The position numbers were made by a program, and so were the translations under genes. The notes beneath the pieces were generated by a model that saw only the letters and a program-made list of their open reading frames with translations, made no database searches and was not told the DNA's origin. Positions 1 through 9,249 of a stretch of 64,000 nt of DNA are shown here, one piece after another. Within the stretch, counting starts at the first letter, position 1, and the number at the start of each line of letters is the position of its first letter. The DNA comes from a virus (Duplodnaviria; Heunggongvirae; Uroviricota; Caudoviricetes), in IMG/VR virus record IMGVR_UViG_2778261223_000007, positions 12,132 through 76,131 of that record; one strand, given 5' to 3'.

Positions 1-1
1 T

Positions 2-1948
2 AAGGATACATTTTTATCCACTGACGAAAACACAAAACAAGTAAAAAAAGCTGTTGAAGACGGCACCAAAAAAACTGTCGATGCGATTCATTCTTTAGGT
101 GAGCAGCTACAAGGCGGGCGTGATGGTGAAGATGGTGTTGGTGAGCACGGGTATACTTCCCCGGCTGAATTTAATGCCCCTACCAGCAACACCATTGCAG
201 CGGATCTGAATATTGGTGGCAGCAACGCCAAAAACCGCAATTACCGGAATAATAATCTCGGCAACCTTGTTTTCGCTAATCAGGAAGGGGCGACGCTGGA
301 AGCACCAAATGCAAAAGGTGAACAACGTTTTGCGCGATTTAACACGCCTGAAGAAGGGATCAGGGCGCTGGCAAACCAGGTGTCAAGCTATTACAACGGC
401 ACCAGCGCCGCTGCTGGGTATCAGAAGCTACAGACGGTATCCAGTATTATTTCCAAATGGGCACCCCCAAAGGAGAACAATACTAATCAATATATTGATA
501 ACGTCAGCAAATATCTTGGCGTCTCGCCTAATGAAAAAATAGACGTCAGCAACCCAGAGGTTATGACGCAATTAGTTCGTGCAATAGCGACGAAAGAAGG
601 TGGAAACCCGGCGGTTAACAATGAGTTCATAAAGAATGCTCTTGGGGCATTTAACACAAATACTGGTCGATGGGAGGGACAATTCTCTGACGAAACATTG
701 GCGCGGATTAATAAAATTCAGAAAGAAAATGGTGGTCAGCTAATTGCCCGCGATTCGCAATATAGTGTTGGTCGCAAGATAAAATATGTTAATGGAAAAT
801 CTCCAGCTCAACCAGTTTTGAATGCCGTTCCGACAGCAACACAACAGCCAATTGAGGTTGCACAACATGCCCAGGCAGTCAAAAAGCCACAAAAAACAGG
901 CAATCAATCGCAACCGATTAATCCAGAGAACGTTGATGTTAATACTGGCTCTCCATCAAGTCTGCTTGAGAGATTAATCGCTATAAATGACAGCGGGGTA
1001 GGTAATTTATTTGGAGGTGCGGCTACCAGCCTTGCTGGTACAAGCCTTGGCCTGATTAAGGATTTTGCGTCGGCGACTTCGTTTGGTTCTATATCTTCGC
1101 TTTCCGAAAAAGCGAAAGGAATGGATCAGGCTCTTACTGAAAAGATATCCAGCTTAACCGGTAAATCTTTTGGATTTCAAAAAGCAAGCCAGGTAACTGA
1201 TATAAGAGACGCTTTACAAAAAAGACCAAAAGCTGAACGCGATATGCCTTCAGTGGATCTTCTTTCCGGTGTTTCTTCGGCAAGTGAGAGTGAAAAAATC
1301 CCTGTAAACTCAAGGGGGATTCCAGTTTATGACAATGGATACAAGGTAATTGATGGTGAAGATAAGGGGGTGCTTGGCTCTTTGTTTGACTCGTCATTAA
1401 CAGGTCTGAAACGTATTAGCTCTGCTGTGTTACCTGCAATTGGCGATAACGTTTCACGACTTATTGGTGGGGTAGATGGCACTGGCATTGTTAATGATTT
1501 GGTTTATCAGGCTACTGGGCAGAACTCAACAATTGCTAGGGCTATTAGCCCGCTTACCAGGAGCGCCGGTAGTTGGCTGAATAATGGTATTCAACAAACC
1601 GCAGATAGCATTAGAGGTATATCAAACGAAGCCAATAATGCCATATTTGGCTCTGCGTCAGCCGTGCAAGAACCTTTTCTTGCTATGCCACCACAGCTTC
1701 CTACTGTAACAGATCTCGCACGAAGCGGAATAAGACAACCATTAACTACTGACACTATAAATAACGATCCTGCTATGTTGAAGGCGCTGGATAACATCTG
1801 CTCTATCCTGAACGATCTTCTGAATGTGAACAAGAACAATACAAAAGGCGATCCGGATAAGGTTGTCAAAACATCGCAGCCGCAACCGCGACCACGTGCT
1901 AGCACAACTATTAATGACCCGTCGCTGGATGCTCTGCTTGAGGATTAA
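2..1948 (+). CDS. sit: Sit-like tail tape-measure / injection transglycosylase, C-terminal part (5' end outside window)
   Basis: Frame 2 is open from nt 2, so the ORF-track Met at 380 is internal. NNNLGNLVF..RFNTPEEGIRAL muramidase-type motif at about nt 245-370. Lies upstream of baseplate and tail-fibre genes as in P1. Confidence 0.65.
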   Translation, partial: KDTFLSTDENTKQVKKAVEDGTKKTVDAIHSLGEQLQGGRDGEDGVGEHGYTSPAEFNAPTSNTIAADLNIGGSNAKNRNYRNNNLGNLVFANQEGATLEAPNAKGEQRFARFNTPEEGIRALANQVSSYYNGTSAAAGYQKLQTVSSIISKWAPPKENNTNQYIDNVSKYLGVSPNEKIDVSNPEVMTQLVRAIATKEGGNPAVNNEFIKNALGAFNTNTGRWEGQFSDETLARINKIQKENGGQLIARDSQYSVGRKIKYVNGKSPAQPVLNAVPTATQQPIEVAQHAQAVKKPQKTGNQSQPINPENVDVNTGSPSSLLERLIAINDSGVGNLFGGAATSLAGTSLGLIKDFASATSFGSISSLSEKAKGMDQALTEKISSLTGKSFGFQKASQVTDIRDALQKRPKAERDMPSVDLLSGVSSASESEKIPVNSRGIPVYDNGYKVIDGEDKGVLGSLFDSSLTGLKRISSAVLPAIGDNVSRLIGGVDGTGIVNDLVYQATGQNSTIARAISPLTRSAGSWLNNGIQQTADSIRGISNEANNAIFGSASAVQEPFLAMPPQLPTVTDLARSGIRQPLTTDTINNDPAMLKALDNICSILNDLLNVNKNNTKGDPDKVVKTSQPQPRPRASTTINDPSLDALLED

Positions 1949-1953
1949 TAAAG

Positions 1954-2328
1954 ATGCTTTATGAAATAGACGCAAGACTTCAAACGAATGAGAGCGGTGT
2001 CATTATTGCAGAAGGAAGTTCCGCAGCATGGATGGCCCGACTTGACGAGTGGCTACGAACCCCTGAAGGGAGTGTTTATGGTTTACCCTCTTGGGGGAAT
2101 CCAATGGAAGAATTTAAGCATGAACCATTCGGCTCTGAAACTTCGCACATAGTTGAAGTGGCTATTGAAGGGAGAATGATGAAAAAACTACGACAAGACT
2201 TGCCAGGTTTGGATGTGCAGGGGATTCGTTGCACATCAATTTCTGAAGATTCTTTATTAATTAGTTTTTATGCGAAAGGTGGGAGCATGGATATTGTTAT
2301 GCAGAAATCAAGTGGGGTGGGCGCGTGA
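1954..2328 (+). CDS. small baseplate/tail morphogenesis protein (PmgA position)
   Basis: 124-aa ORF packed between sit and the bplA-like gene; its stop overlaps the next start (GTGA). Confidence 0.45.
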   Translation: MLYEIDARLQTNESGVIIAEGSSAAWMARLDEWLRTPEGSVYGLPSWGNPMEEFKHEPFGSETSHIVEVAIEGRMMKKLRQDLPGLDVQGIRCTSISEDSLLISFYAKGGSMDIVMQKSSGVGA

Positions 2329-3755
2329 CGATTACAGAATTACTGGACAAATTTAACGCCAAGTTAAATGAAAACACATGGTGGTCACGATTTGTAAATA
2401 GTCAGTTTGTGCAGATGCACGCTATATTCGGATCACAGCTTATTTATATTGCCCGTACATTTGCAAGCCGCGGCCTCACTGAGGGACTTATTTCAACGGC
2501 TACGCGCCGCTCAAGTATTTTAGCGGTTGCTGAAGACCGTAGCTACGTAGGGCGATTTGTTAGTGCTTCATACGGAACAACGTCTATAACCAATAAAACT
2601 GATCGGGATATTACGTTACCAGCCGGGGCTGAATTGCTTGCCAATGACCAAACACCTTTGGCAATTATTAACAGTGTTGTAATTCCTGCTGGAGGAACTG
2701 TTTCTGGCGTAGAAACTAAACAGCATGAAGCTGTTAGCGTTACATTTGATATTGAGAAGGAAACTTTATTTCTGACATTGTTGCTTTCCAGAGAATTAAC
2801 AAAAGAAGTCTCTAGCCTGGATGTTTATGTTATTACAGATGGCGTAGAAGAAAAATGGACATATAACCCATTATTTAGAATGTCCAGAGACAAGAGTAAG
2901 CACTATTCATTGGCATATAAACCTACAGAACAACTTGGAGTCAAGTTTGGTGATGGTTCTATGGGTATGATGCCTCCAGCAGGCTGTCAGGTTCGAATCG
3001 ATGTTATGGCTAGCCTTGGCGACTATACTTTGGCTGAAGGACAAAAGTTAGAACCGGCTGGAAATATCGCTCAATATGTGGAGTCACTAGAGTTTAAAAC
3101 TGATTCGATCATTACCGGTGGTAGTGGTATGGAAACTACAGAAGAAACTCGAAATCGTGCTCAGTATTATGTTGCATACGATGAACAAGTGGTATGGGGC
3201 GGTGATTATCGCCAATTCATTCAGAATGTTGTTCATGGAACTTCATGGTTGAACGTTTGGGGCGAAGCGTTGCAAGAGAAAATAACTGGGTTTGACGTTC
3301 GAAACATCAACAAGATTTTCTTTTGCGGACATAAGCCAGGTGTAAGCCAGGCTCAGCTAAAATCAGAAATACTGAAAGCTCTAGAGAATGTTCCAAATGA
3401 GTTGAACAAGCGGTTTGAGTATGTAGATACAAATGAACAACCATTTACTATAATATTTACAGGTATTGCACGTAAAAATGTTCTGATAGACGACGCTCAA
3501 AATGCTATTAAAGCAGCGTTGGAAGAAAATTTTGGTCGTGATTCGTCATCATTCAGTTTATTACTACAGAGTGATGATGATTCTCAGCAATGTTATGCAC
3601 AGGTAAAAGTTAAAGATATTTGGCGAGTAATAGAGTCGCTGGATATGTTTCTCTCTTATGACATAACAATACAAAATATGAAAGATGCAGTTTACTTTAA
3701 TGACTTCATTTATCTTGACGTGAAATCTTCAACGTTCAGCATTTCTTACCCGTAA
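2325..3755 (+). CDS. bplA: baseplate protein, BplA-like
   Basis: 476-aa ORF with a GTG start overlapping the upstream stop. Size and position match P1 BplA; no catalytic motif checked. Confidence 0.55.
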   Translation: MTITELLDKFNAKLNENTWWSRFVNSQFVQMHAIFGSQLIYIARTFASRGLTEGLISTATRRSSILAVAEDRSYVGRFVSASYGTTSITNKTDRDITLPAGAELLANDQTPLAIINSVVIPAGGTVSGVETKQHEAVSVTFDIEKETLFLTLLLSRELTKEVSSLDVYVITDGVEEKWTYNPLFRMSRDKSKHYSLAYKPTEQLGVKFGDGSMGMMPPAGCQVRIDVMASLGDYTLAEGQKLEPAGNIAQYVESLEFKTDSIITGGSGMETTEETRNRAQYYVAYDEQVVWGGDYRQFIQNVVHGTSWLNVWGEALQEKITGFDVRNINKIFFCGHKPGVSQAQLKSEILKALENVPNELNKRFEYVDTNEQPFTIIFTGIARKNVLIDDAQNAIKAALEENFGRDSSSFSLLLQSDDDSQQCYAQVKVKDIWRVIESLDMFLSYDITIQNMKDAVYFNDFIYLDVKSSTFSISYP

Positions 3756-3765
3756 TGAGGTTAGC

Positions 3766-4611
3766 ATGAAAGATAATTGGCTTAAGGAACGATTAACTAA
3801 AGTAAAACAGGATTCACATCTCTGGAGTGCATTTATAGACGCTTTACAGGATGTCTGGAATGAGGCAGTAGAACCAATATTAACAAGAATAAGTAACAGA
3901 AAATCCTTCTTCACTATGGACAGTGAGGACATGGATGCCCGCATTGCTGAATACGGGCGTTTTTTCGTTATCACTGAAAAAGATAAGGCTCGTAGGCCAA
4001 TGCTGCTGGCACAACGTTTAGATGAAGTGCACTTTAAAGGCACTATCTTGCCAATTGAGCAGACATTCTGGCGTGAATTCGGTTGTATTCCTGTTAGTTG
4101 GGAACCGCTGTATGCACCTGTAAATATAGAAAAACACCCCTATGGTTCATATTTTGCGACCGAAATAGAAATACCTACGGCACAGGCTCAATTCGGTGAG
4201 TTCTTCCTGACATCAAGGGGGCTGGTCGTTGTTGATCAGAACAAGCTATATCGCTCATATGGAGAGCAGGATAAAGAAGCCGCTGTACAGAAATTGTTAT
4301 CTGACTTCGAAACAGTAATAGCCCCTTTATTGCCATTGCATATTGTTTTTGATGGCGTCTCGTTTCGGCTTAGTGCTGTATTCCCTGAAGTGGCAGAAAT
4401 ACTAAATTGCTTGTCTACGGATGTTTCGGTAATTGAAGGTGTTTATGTTACTGAGAGTATGGCTGATATGCTATCCCGTAGTGATACCTCCTGCCAGGTA
4501 GACAATATTTCTCTTAACGCCATACCGAACCGAACGGCAGAAAAGCAATTACATCTTGATGTAACCCCACTCGATGCGTGGCCTTTGGATTACCACCTTC
4601 AACCTGTTTAA
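3766..4611 (+). CDS. baseplate/tail protein (P1 gene 16 position)
   Basis: 281-aa ORF, co-directional, 10 nt after the bplA-like stop. Call is from synteny only. Confidence 0.45.
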   Translation: MKDNWLKERLTKVKQDSHLWSAFIDALQDVWNEAVEPILTRISNRKSFFTMDSEDMDARIAEYGRFFVITEKDKARRPMLLAQRLDEVHFKGTILPIEQTFWREFGCIPVSWEPLYAPVNIEKHPYGSYFATEIEIPTAQAQFGEFFLTSRGLVVVDQNKLYRSYGEQDKEAAVQKLLSDFETVIAPLLPLHIVFDGVSFRLSAVFPEVAEILNCLSTDVSVIEGVYVTESMADMLSRSDTSCQVDNISLNAIPNRTAEKQLHLDVTPLDAWPLDYHLQPV

Positions 4612-4646
4612 TAATTCCTCCCCCGCATTTGGGGGAAGAACAACGG

Positions 4647-4667
4647 AAATCACAAACTGAGCATACT
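4647..4667 (+). promoter_or_regulatory. candidate late promoter AAATCACA-AACTGAG-CATACT
   Basis: One of 8 copies of AAAT(C/A)ACA-N7-YAYNNT. The -10 ends 39 nt before the R start codon. Confidence 0.55.
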
Positions 4668-4705
4668 CTCCTTTGGTTCATTGCTTATGAAGGAGCTATG
4701 TTCGT

Positions 4706-5152
4706 ATGGCTGAAAATTTAAAGGCAAGAGATGGTAACCGCCTGTATAAGGCACAATTGCTTTCCTACTATTATTCACGCCGCGCTGAGTCGGCGATCGG
4801 CAAAGGTGCGCGTTTTGTTATCTCTAAGGCGTATTGGTGCAAATCTAGTCTGGTAACTGCTAATGGTGCAGGAGGCTGGAATATAGCGGACATTCCACTC
4901 GATTTTAAATTGAGTGACGCTCAACAGTTTGCTGTGTCCGATCTGATATTGTCCAGCGTGGATGGGATTATCACTATCAATGCAGCCTTCCCACAAGAAA
5001 GAATGCCGGATAACACGCCTTACGATTTTAACACGCTTGTGCTTGTTGATGCTGAGGAACGGGCTTTTGGTGTGCTTTGCACCCAGCAAGATACCCTCTA
5101 TAAAGGTAAACGTTACAGTATTCTCATGACAATCGAGCAAGTTGAGGGTTGA
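4706..5152 (+). CDS. R: tail-fibre-associated protein R
   Basis: 148-aa ORF immediately upstream of and overlapping the S start; position of P1 R. Confidence 0.5.
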   Translation: MAENLKARDGNRLYKAQLLSYYYSRRAESAIGKGARFVISKAYWCKSSLVTANGAGGWNIADIPLDFKLSDAQQFAVSDLILSSVDGIITINAAFPQERMPDNTPYDFNTLVLVDAEERAFGVLCTQQDTLYKGKRYSILMTIEQVEG

Positions 5153-5154
5153 TT

Positions 5155-8154
5155 ATGGGGGCTGATAAAACGAACAACATAATGACACTATCCTCTGGTG
5201 TCTCACAGCCTTTGCTTGCTGATGTTCAATATTTCGAACTCTATAGTAGTTCGGCTCTTAACAGAAAACTTAAAAATATTGTTTTGCCTGGCTTTTACTG
5301 TGGATTTGAACCAGTTCCCGGCACAGGGTTGAGTGTTCGTATAACTTCTGAAAACTCAGAAGGTAAAGGGGCTGCTTCAGTAGATGTAAATAATGTTCAG
5401 ATATCCGTTCAGCAAATAGAAGATGTGACTGTCTCGGTAAAGGCTGGGGCTACCAACATTATTGTGCTGGAAGCCAATTTTGAACATGGTGTAAAAACGA
5501 CACAGGTAGATAGCGCATCTTCTGTCAGTGCTGCAAGAATTTACGCGCGTACGGACAATACTATTGGGCAGAATCAAATTGAATTATGTCGAGTTATCGT
5601 GCCTAACGGCGCAACGGCTGTGACTAAAGAAATGATTGTGCTTAAATACCGGGTTAACCGTGCTGTTGGTGTCGAATTCTCTAATGAAATAAGCAGTACA
5701 GAAGAAAGAAAAGCGGCTACACCTCTGGCTGTCAAAACTCTCCATGATTTGGTTGATACAAAAGCTCCGCTCGATAGTCCGCATCTGTCAGGTACGCCGA
5801 CTTCGCCGACACCTGAACCCGGTACAAACAACACACAGATCGCAAATGCGGCCTTTGTCTATGCTGCTATAAATGCGCTTATCAATGGTGCTCCGGGAAC
5901 GATGGACACGCTGAAAGAAATAGCGGCTGCGATCAATAACGACCCGAATTTCAGCACAACTATCAACAATGCCCTGGCTCTTAAAGCTCCTTTGGCAAGC
6001 CCGGCGTTCACAGGTACGCCGACAGCACCTACGGCCTCACAAGGCACAAATAGCACGCAGATTGCAAATACAGCCTTTGTTAAGGCAGCTATAACGGCAC
6101 TTATCAACGGTGCGCCTGGCACACTGGATACGCTGAAAGAAATAGCGGCTGCGATCAATAACGACCCGAATTTCAGCACAACTATCAACAATGCCCTGGC
6201 TCTCAAAGCGCCTTTGGCAAGCCCTGCATTAACGGGTGTCCCTACTGCGCCGACCGCCGCACAGGGCACAAATAATACGCAGATTGCTACGACCGCTTAT
6301 GTAAGAGCTGCCATATCCGCATTGGTTGGTTCATCACCAGAAGCTCTTGATACCCTGAATGAGCTTGCCGCAGCACTTGGCAATGACCCGAACTTTGCGA
6401 CAACAATGACAAATGCGCTGGCAGGCAAACAGCCTCTGGATGCAACTTTAACCGCGCTCGCTGGCCTTGCGACTGGTGCAAACAAACTGCCTTATTTCAC
6501 CGGTAAGGATACGGTAGCGCAGACTGATTTAACGTCAGTCGGTCGCGATATTCTGGCTAAAACAAGCACACTGGCCGTTATCCAATACCTTGGTTTAAGA
6601 GAACTCGGTACCAGTGGTGAAAAGATCCCCCTGTTGAGTACGGCTAACACATGGAGTGCGCGCCAGACTTTCAATGGCGGGATCACCGGGGCGCTGACAG
6701 GGAACGCCGACACCGCGACGAAATTGAAAACAGCCATAAACATTAATGGCGTCAGGTTCGATGGTTCGGCTGACATTAATATCAATACTCTGGTATCGCG
6801 TGGTCGCGTAACGGCTCTGGGGGCGAATGCACAGGGGACATCCGGGATTCAGCTGTATGAGGCATACAACAATGGCTATCCTTCCCCCTATGGCAATGTG
6901 CTTCACCTTAAAGGTGCCACCGCTGCTGGCGAAGGTGAATTATTCATTGGCTGGAGTGGCTCGAGCGGTGACCATGCGCCCGTACATATCCGTTCGCGGC
7001 GTGATACTGATTCTGCCAACTGGTCTGAATGGGCACAGGTCTATACGTCAAAAGATTCAGTTCCCGGCGTTAATGCCAAAGGGAATCAGGATACCTCTGG
7101 TAATGCGGCTACAGCGACCAAATTGCAGACGGCGTGTACTATCAACGGTGTCTCGTTTGATGGTTCTAAAAACATTGAGCTAACGGCGGAAGATTTAAAT
7201 CTTGAGCAAACCGTAGAATTAGCCGCAGGAGCATTGCAGAAAAACCAGAACGGTGCAGATATTCCGAATAAAGATAAATTCATACAAAACACAGGGGCCT
7301 GTCGTGCATTTAGCGGTCAGACTGATATCGATGGTTCACAAGGTGAATGGTCGACAGTTGCATTTATCTCGTGGCTGGAGAATAACGGAGCTTTCCGACA
7401 TCCATACTGGATGTGTAAAGGGTCATGGTCCTATGCCAGAAACAGGGTTATTACGGATACCGGTTGTGGAAATATCTGCCTTGCCGGAGCCGTGATTGAG
7501 GTTATGGGAACCCGCGGCGCAATGACCATACGCGTTACCACGCCGAGCACGTCCAGCGGTGGCGGAATCACTAACGCTCAATTCACTTATATTAATCATG
7601 GTGATGCTTACGCTCCTGGCTGGCGACGAGACTACAACACGAAAAACCAGCAGCCTGCATTTGCTTTAGGGCAAACAGGACGCAGGGTCGCAAATGATAA
7701 AGCTGTTGGCTGGAACTGGAATAGCGGCGTTTATGATGCAGATATCAGTGGCGCATCGACATTAATCCTCCACTTTAATATGAATGCGGGGAGTTGCCCT
7801 GCTGTACAGTTCCGCGTGAATTACAGAAATGGCGGTATCTTTTATCGTTCAGCGCGTGATGGTTATGGCTTTGAAGCTAACTGGTCAGAGTTTTACACCA
7901 CAACACGCAAACCCTCTGCGGGAGATGTTGGTGCATATACGCAGGCAGAATGTAACTCAAGGTTTATTACAGGTATTCGCCTTGGCGGTCTGTCATCTGT
8001 TAAGACATGGAATGGTCCTGGCTGGTCTGACAGGTCAGGTTATGTCGTTACTGGTTCAGTTAACGGAAACCGTGATGAATTAATTGATACAACTCAGGCA
8101 AGGCCAATTCAGTATTGCATTAATGGAACGTGGTATAACGCGGGGAGTATTTAA
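5155..8154 (+). CDS. S: tail fibre protein S (constant part fused to the currently expressed variable part Sv)
   Basis: ATG 5155 with a GAGGG SD overlapping the R stop (the ORF track uses TTG 5149). N-terminus ADVQYFELYSSSALNRK resembles P1 S. Contains fibre collar repeats, and the ORF crosses the cix site at 6578-6603. Confidence 0.9.
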   Translation: MGADKTNNIMTLSSGVSQPLLADVQYFELYSSSALNRKLKNIVLPGFYCGFEPVPGTGLSVRITSENSEGKGAASVDVNNVQISVQQIEDVTVSVKAGATNIIVLEANFEHGVKTTQVDSASSVSAARIYARTDNTIGQNQIELCRVIVPNGATAVTKEMIVLKYRVNRAVGVEFSNEISSTEERKAATPLAVKTLHDLVDTKAPLDSPHLSGTPTSPTPEPGTNNTQIANAAFVYAAINALINGAPGTMDTLKEIAAAINNDPNFSTTINNALALKAPLASPAFTGTPTAPTASQGTNSTQIANTAFVKAAITALINGAPGTLDTLKEIAAAINNDPNFSTTINNALALKAPLASPALTGVPTAPTAAQGTNNTQIATTAYVRAAISALVGSSPEALDTLNELAAALGNDPNFATTMTNALAGKQPLDATLTALAGLATGANKLPYFTGKDTVAQTDLTSVGRDILAKTSTLAVIQYLGLRELGTSGEKIPLLSTANTWSARQTFNGGITGALTGNADTATKLKTAININGVRFDGSADININTLVSRGRVTALGANAQGTSGIQLYEAYNNGYPSPYGNVLHLKGATAAGEGELFIGWSGSSGDHAPVHIRSRRDTDSANWSEWAQVYTSKDSVPGVNAKGNQDTSGNAATATKLQTACTINGVSFDGSKNIELTAEDLNLEQTVELAAGALQKNQNGADIPNKDKFIQNTGACRAFSGQTDIDGSQGEWSTVAFISWLENNGAFRHPYWMCKGSWSYARNRVITDTGCGNICLAGAVIEVMGTRGAMTIRVTTPSTSSGGGITNAQFTYINHGDAYAPGWRRDYNTKNQQPAFALGQTGRRVANDKAVGWNWNSGVYDADISGASTLILHFNMNAGSCPAVQFRVNYRNGGIFYRSARDGYGFEANWSEFYTTTRKPSAGDVGAYTQAECNSRFITGIRLGGLSSVKTWNGPGWSDRSGYVVTGSVNGNRDELIDTTQARPIQYCINGTWYNAGSI
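5764..6429 (+). repeat. three tandem 222-bp (74-aa) tail-fibre repeats inside S
   Basis: Unit APLxSPxxTGxPTxPT..GTNxTQIAxTAFV..LINGAPGTLDTLKEIAAAINNDPNFSTTINNALALK. Units 1 and 2 are near-identical at DNA level over about 120 bp (5878 versus 6100, offset 222). Confidence 0.9.
6578..6603. other. cix recombination site inside S (TTATCCAATACCTTGGTTTAAGAGAA)
   Basis: 26-bp Hin/Gin/Cin-type crossover site, inverted relative to the copy at 10843-10868. Sequence homology between the two arms begins exactly here. Confidence 0.85.
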
Positions 8155-8156
8155 TT

Positions 8157-8690
8157 ATGATGCACTTAAAAAATATTACTGCTGGCAACCCTAAAACAAA
8201 AGAGCAATACCAGCTAACAAAGCAATTTAACATCAAATGGCTTTATTCAGATGATGGAAAAAACTGGTATGAGGAACAAAAGAATTTCCAGCCAGACACT
8301 TTGAAAATGGTCTATGACCATAACGGCGTTATTATTTGTATTGAAAAGGATGTTTCAGCAATTAATCCGGAAGGCGCAAGCGTCGTTGAATTACCTGATA
8401 TTACAGCAAATCGCCGGGCTGATATTTCGGGTAAATGGATGTTCAAAGATGGCGTAGTGATAAAGCGAACTTATACCGAGGAGGAACAGAGGCAGCAGGC
8501 AGAGAATGAAAAGCAAAGCCTGTTGCAACTTGTCAGGGATAAAACCCAGCTATGGGACTCACAGCTACGGCTGGGTATCATTTCCGACGAGAATAAACAA
8601 AAATTAACCGAGTGGATGCTCTATGCGCAGAAGGTCGAATCCACAGACACCTCCAGCCTGCCAGTAACGTTTCCAGAACAACCAGAATGA
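8157..8690 (+). CDS. U: tail fibre assembly chaperone U
   Basis: 177 aa. N-terminus [22 protein letters not shown] is paralogous to U' on the opposite strand. Confidence 0.8.
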   Translation: MMHLKNITAGNPKTKEQYQLTKQFNIKWLYSDDGKNWYEEQKNFQPDTLKMVYDHNGVIICIEKDVSAINPEGASVVELPDITANRRADISGKWMFKDGVVIKRTYTEEEQRQQAENEKQSLLQLVRDKTQLWDSQLRLGIISDENKQKLTEWMLYAQKVESTDTSSLPVTFPEQPE

Positions 8691-8693
8691 AAC

Positions 8694-8720
8694 AAGGCCC
8701 GCTATCGGGCCTTAATTTTT
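8694..8720. terminator. hairpin between convergent U and U'
   Basis: AAGGCCCG-CTAT-CGGGCCTT followed by AATTTTTA. Confidence 0.6.
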
Positions 8721-9249
8721 ATTCAGGCTTTTGTGGCCATTCAGGATTTGCCGTATCCACACGGCTGACCAGAACACTATAGCGTTCCCATGACTCCAGT
8801 CGTGCGCGTTCCTCATCCGTCGCCATATTCAGCCTGACAGCGCGTTCCAGTGGCTGAATAACGTTTTCTGCTTCGGAAAGTAACGCGGCCTTTTGTGATT
8901 CGGCCTGTTGTTGTTGCTCGTCTGCCGTATAAATCCGTTTAACCACAGCTCCGTCCTTAAACATCCACTTCCCTGAATCATCGGCACGACGATTGGCTGT
9001 TATATCTGGAATCTCAACGACGCTAAAGCCTTCGGGATTAAGCGTTGAGGCATCTTTGGTTATGGCAACAATAATATTATTTTCGTCGTATACAATCTTT
9101 ATGGTGTCGTCCTGAAAGTTATTTACTTCTTCATACCAGTTTTTACCGTCTTCGGACCATAACCAGATAACATCAAAATTCTTTGTTAGCTGATATTGTT
9201 CTTTCGTTTTAGGATTTCCAGACTTAATATTTTTTAAATGCTGCATCAT
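8719..9249 (-). CDS. alternative tail fibre assembly chaperone U'
   Basis: 176 aa, paralog of U ([23 protein letters not shown]); silent in this orientation. Confidence 0.8.
   Translation of the reverse strand: MMQHLKNIKSGNPKTKEQYQLTKNFDVIWLWSEDGKNWYEEVNNFQDDTIKIVYDENNIIVAITKDASTLNPEGFSVVEIPDITANRRADDSGKWMFKDGAVVKRIYTADEQQQQAESQKAALLSEAENVIQPLERAVRLNMATDEERARLESWERYSVLVSRVDTANPEWPQKPE

Noticed and set aside
5377-7292. Numerous antisense and alternative-frame ORFs inside S (for example 5859-6269, 6492-6785, 6595-6906, 6827-7183)
   Set aside because: They lie wholly inside the well-supported tail-fibre ORF and are generated by its Ala/Gly/Thr-rich tandem repeats. None has an SD or an independent context.
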